This document shows, piece by piece, positions 62,990-64,000 of a stretch of DNA of 64,000 nt. Origin of the DNA: Phoronis australis. Taxonomy: Eukaryota > Animalia > Phoronida. A program made the position numbers and the translations under genes. The notes under the pieces are model-generated. The model ran no database searches, was not told the DNA's origin, and saw only the letters and a list, made by a program, of their open reading frames with translations. The stretch spans positions 414,010 through 478,009 of the forward strand of contig NMRA01000063.1 in NCBI GenBank assembly GCA_002633005.1, read 5' to 3'. The stretch's first letter is position 1. Each line of letters begins with the position of its first letter.

Positions 62990-64000
62990 AAAGAACGAGA
63001 GCGCTCGGAGGAGCGACACTTGGCAGAATTAATCGAAAAGACGACAAACACGATATCATTCATGTGACTAGCGAAGAAATCAAATAGAGAGCATACAACG
63101 AGAGCGCTCGGAGGAGCGACACTTGGCGGAATTAGTCGAAAGACGACAATGGGGAGGACGACGACAATCATGACGATCAAGGCGGCAATAATGGATAACA
63201 CGGTAACATTCATGTGACTAGCGAAGAAATCGAATAGAGAGCATATAATGAACTACAATGAAGAACAATAGATGACGCAACATGACGGTCCAGTCTACAG
63301 TAGAACAGTGCTGGCTGGGTCAGTCTGGGTCAACTAGGCATAACCAAAACAAAGTGAACTAACTGAAAGCCAGCCAGGTGCGTGCATACGTGACCGTAGG
63401 AACAACGGTATCCGAAAATCTCGAATAATTCAAAAAGTAGACGTCGTAGCGCAAAATGGAAAATATCTTCTGAAACCCCGTTCAAAACTCTATCTAAAGT
63501 GATAGTTTGGCAAACACGATAACATTCATGTGACTAGCGACGAAATCAAATAGAGAGCATACAATGAACTACAATAAAGAATAATAGATGGCGCCAAATG
63601 ACTGTCCAGTCTACAGTAGAACAGTGCTGGCTGGGTCAGTCTGGGTCAACTAGGCATAATCAAAACAAAGTGAACTGAAAGCCAGCCAGCTGCGTGTGAC
63701 CGAAGGAACAACGGTATTCGAAAATCTCGAATAATTCAAAAAGTAGACGTCGTAGCGCAAAATGAAAATTATCATCTGAAAGCCCGTTCAAAACTCTATC
63801 TAAAGTGGTAGTTTGTCAAACACGATAACATTCATGTGACTAGCAAAAAATCAAATAGAGAGCATACAATCAACTACAATAAAGAACAATAGATGGCGCA
63901 ACATGACGGACGAGCCATGCTTTAAAGTAGGACAGTGCTGGCTGGGTCAGTCTGGGTCAACTAGGCATAACCAAAACAAAGTGAACTGAAAGCCAGCCAC
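62990..64000. repeat. ~310-bp tandem repeat/satellite running off the window end
   Basis: aacattcatgtgactagc and gctggctgggtcagtctgggtcaactaggcat recur at about 305-315 bp spacing. Confidence 0.9.

Overview
AT-rich animal (invertebrate-type) genomic DNA with spliced genes and dense repeats; nothing prokaryotic or CRISPR-like. Three genes can be reconstructed by hand from splice sites and phase. (1) The last five coding exons of a cytosolic-type serine hydroxymethyltransferase (+, 9425-19519). (2) A complete 9-exon gene (-, 44359-23942; 1611 nt CDS, 536 aa), of which the ORF track shows only fragments. It encodes signal peptide + PAN/apple domain + three tandem CTHRC1-type C-terminal domains, with no collagen repeat. 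This is the most interesting item in the window. (3) The last two coding exons of an unidentified membrane protein (-, 59459-57071) ending in an acidic dileucine-like motif. The two outer genes are packed with Helentron-associated (HINE/DINE-like) elements. These are co-oriented with the host gene, nested in each other, carry arrays of CTCF-like motifs, and appear to have seeded two minisatellites. Also present are remnants of Gypsy, RTE, RTE-X, Tx1/L1 and Penelope-like retroelements (two with degenerate hammerhead ribozymes), many MITEs and about a dozen tandem arrays. All family assignments are by eye from remembered motifs; no database search was run.
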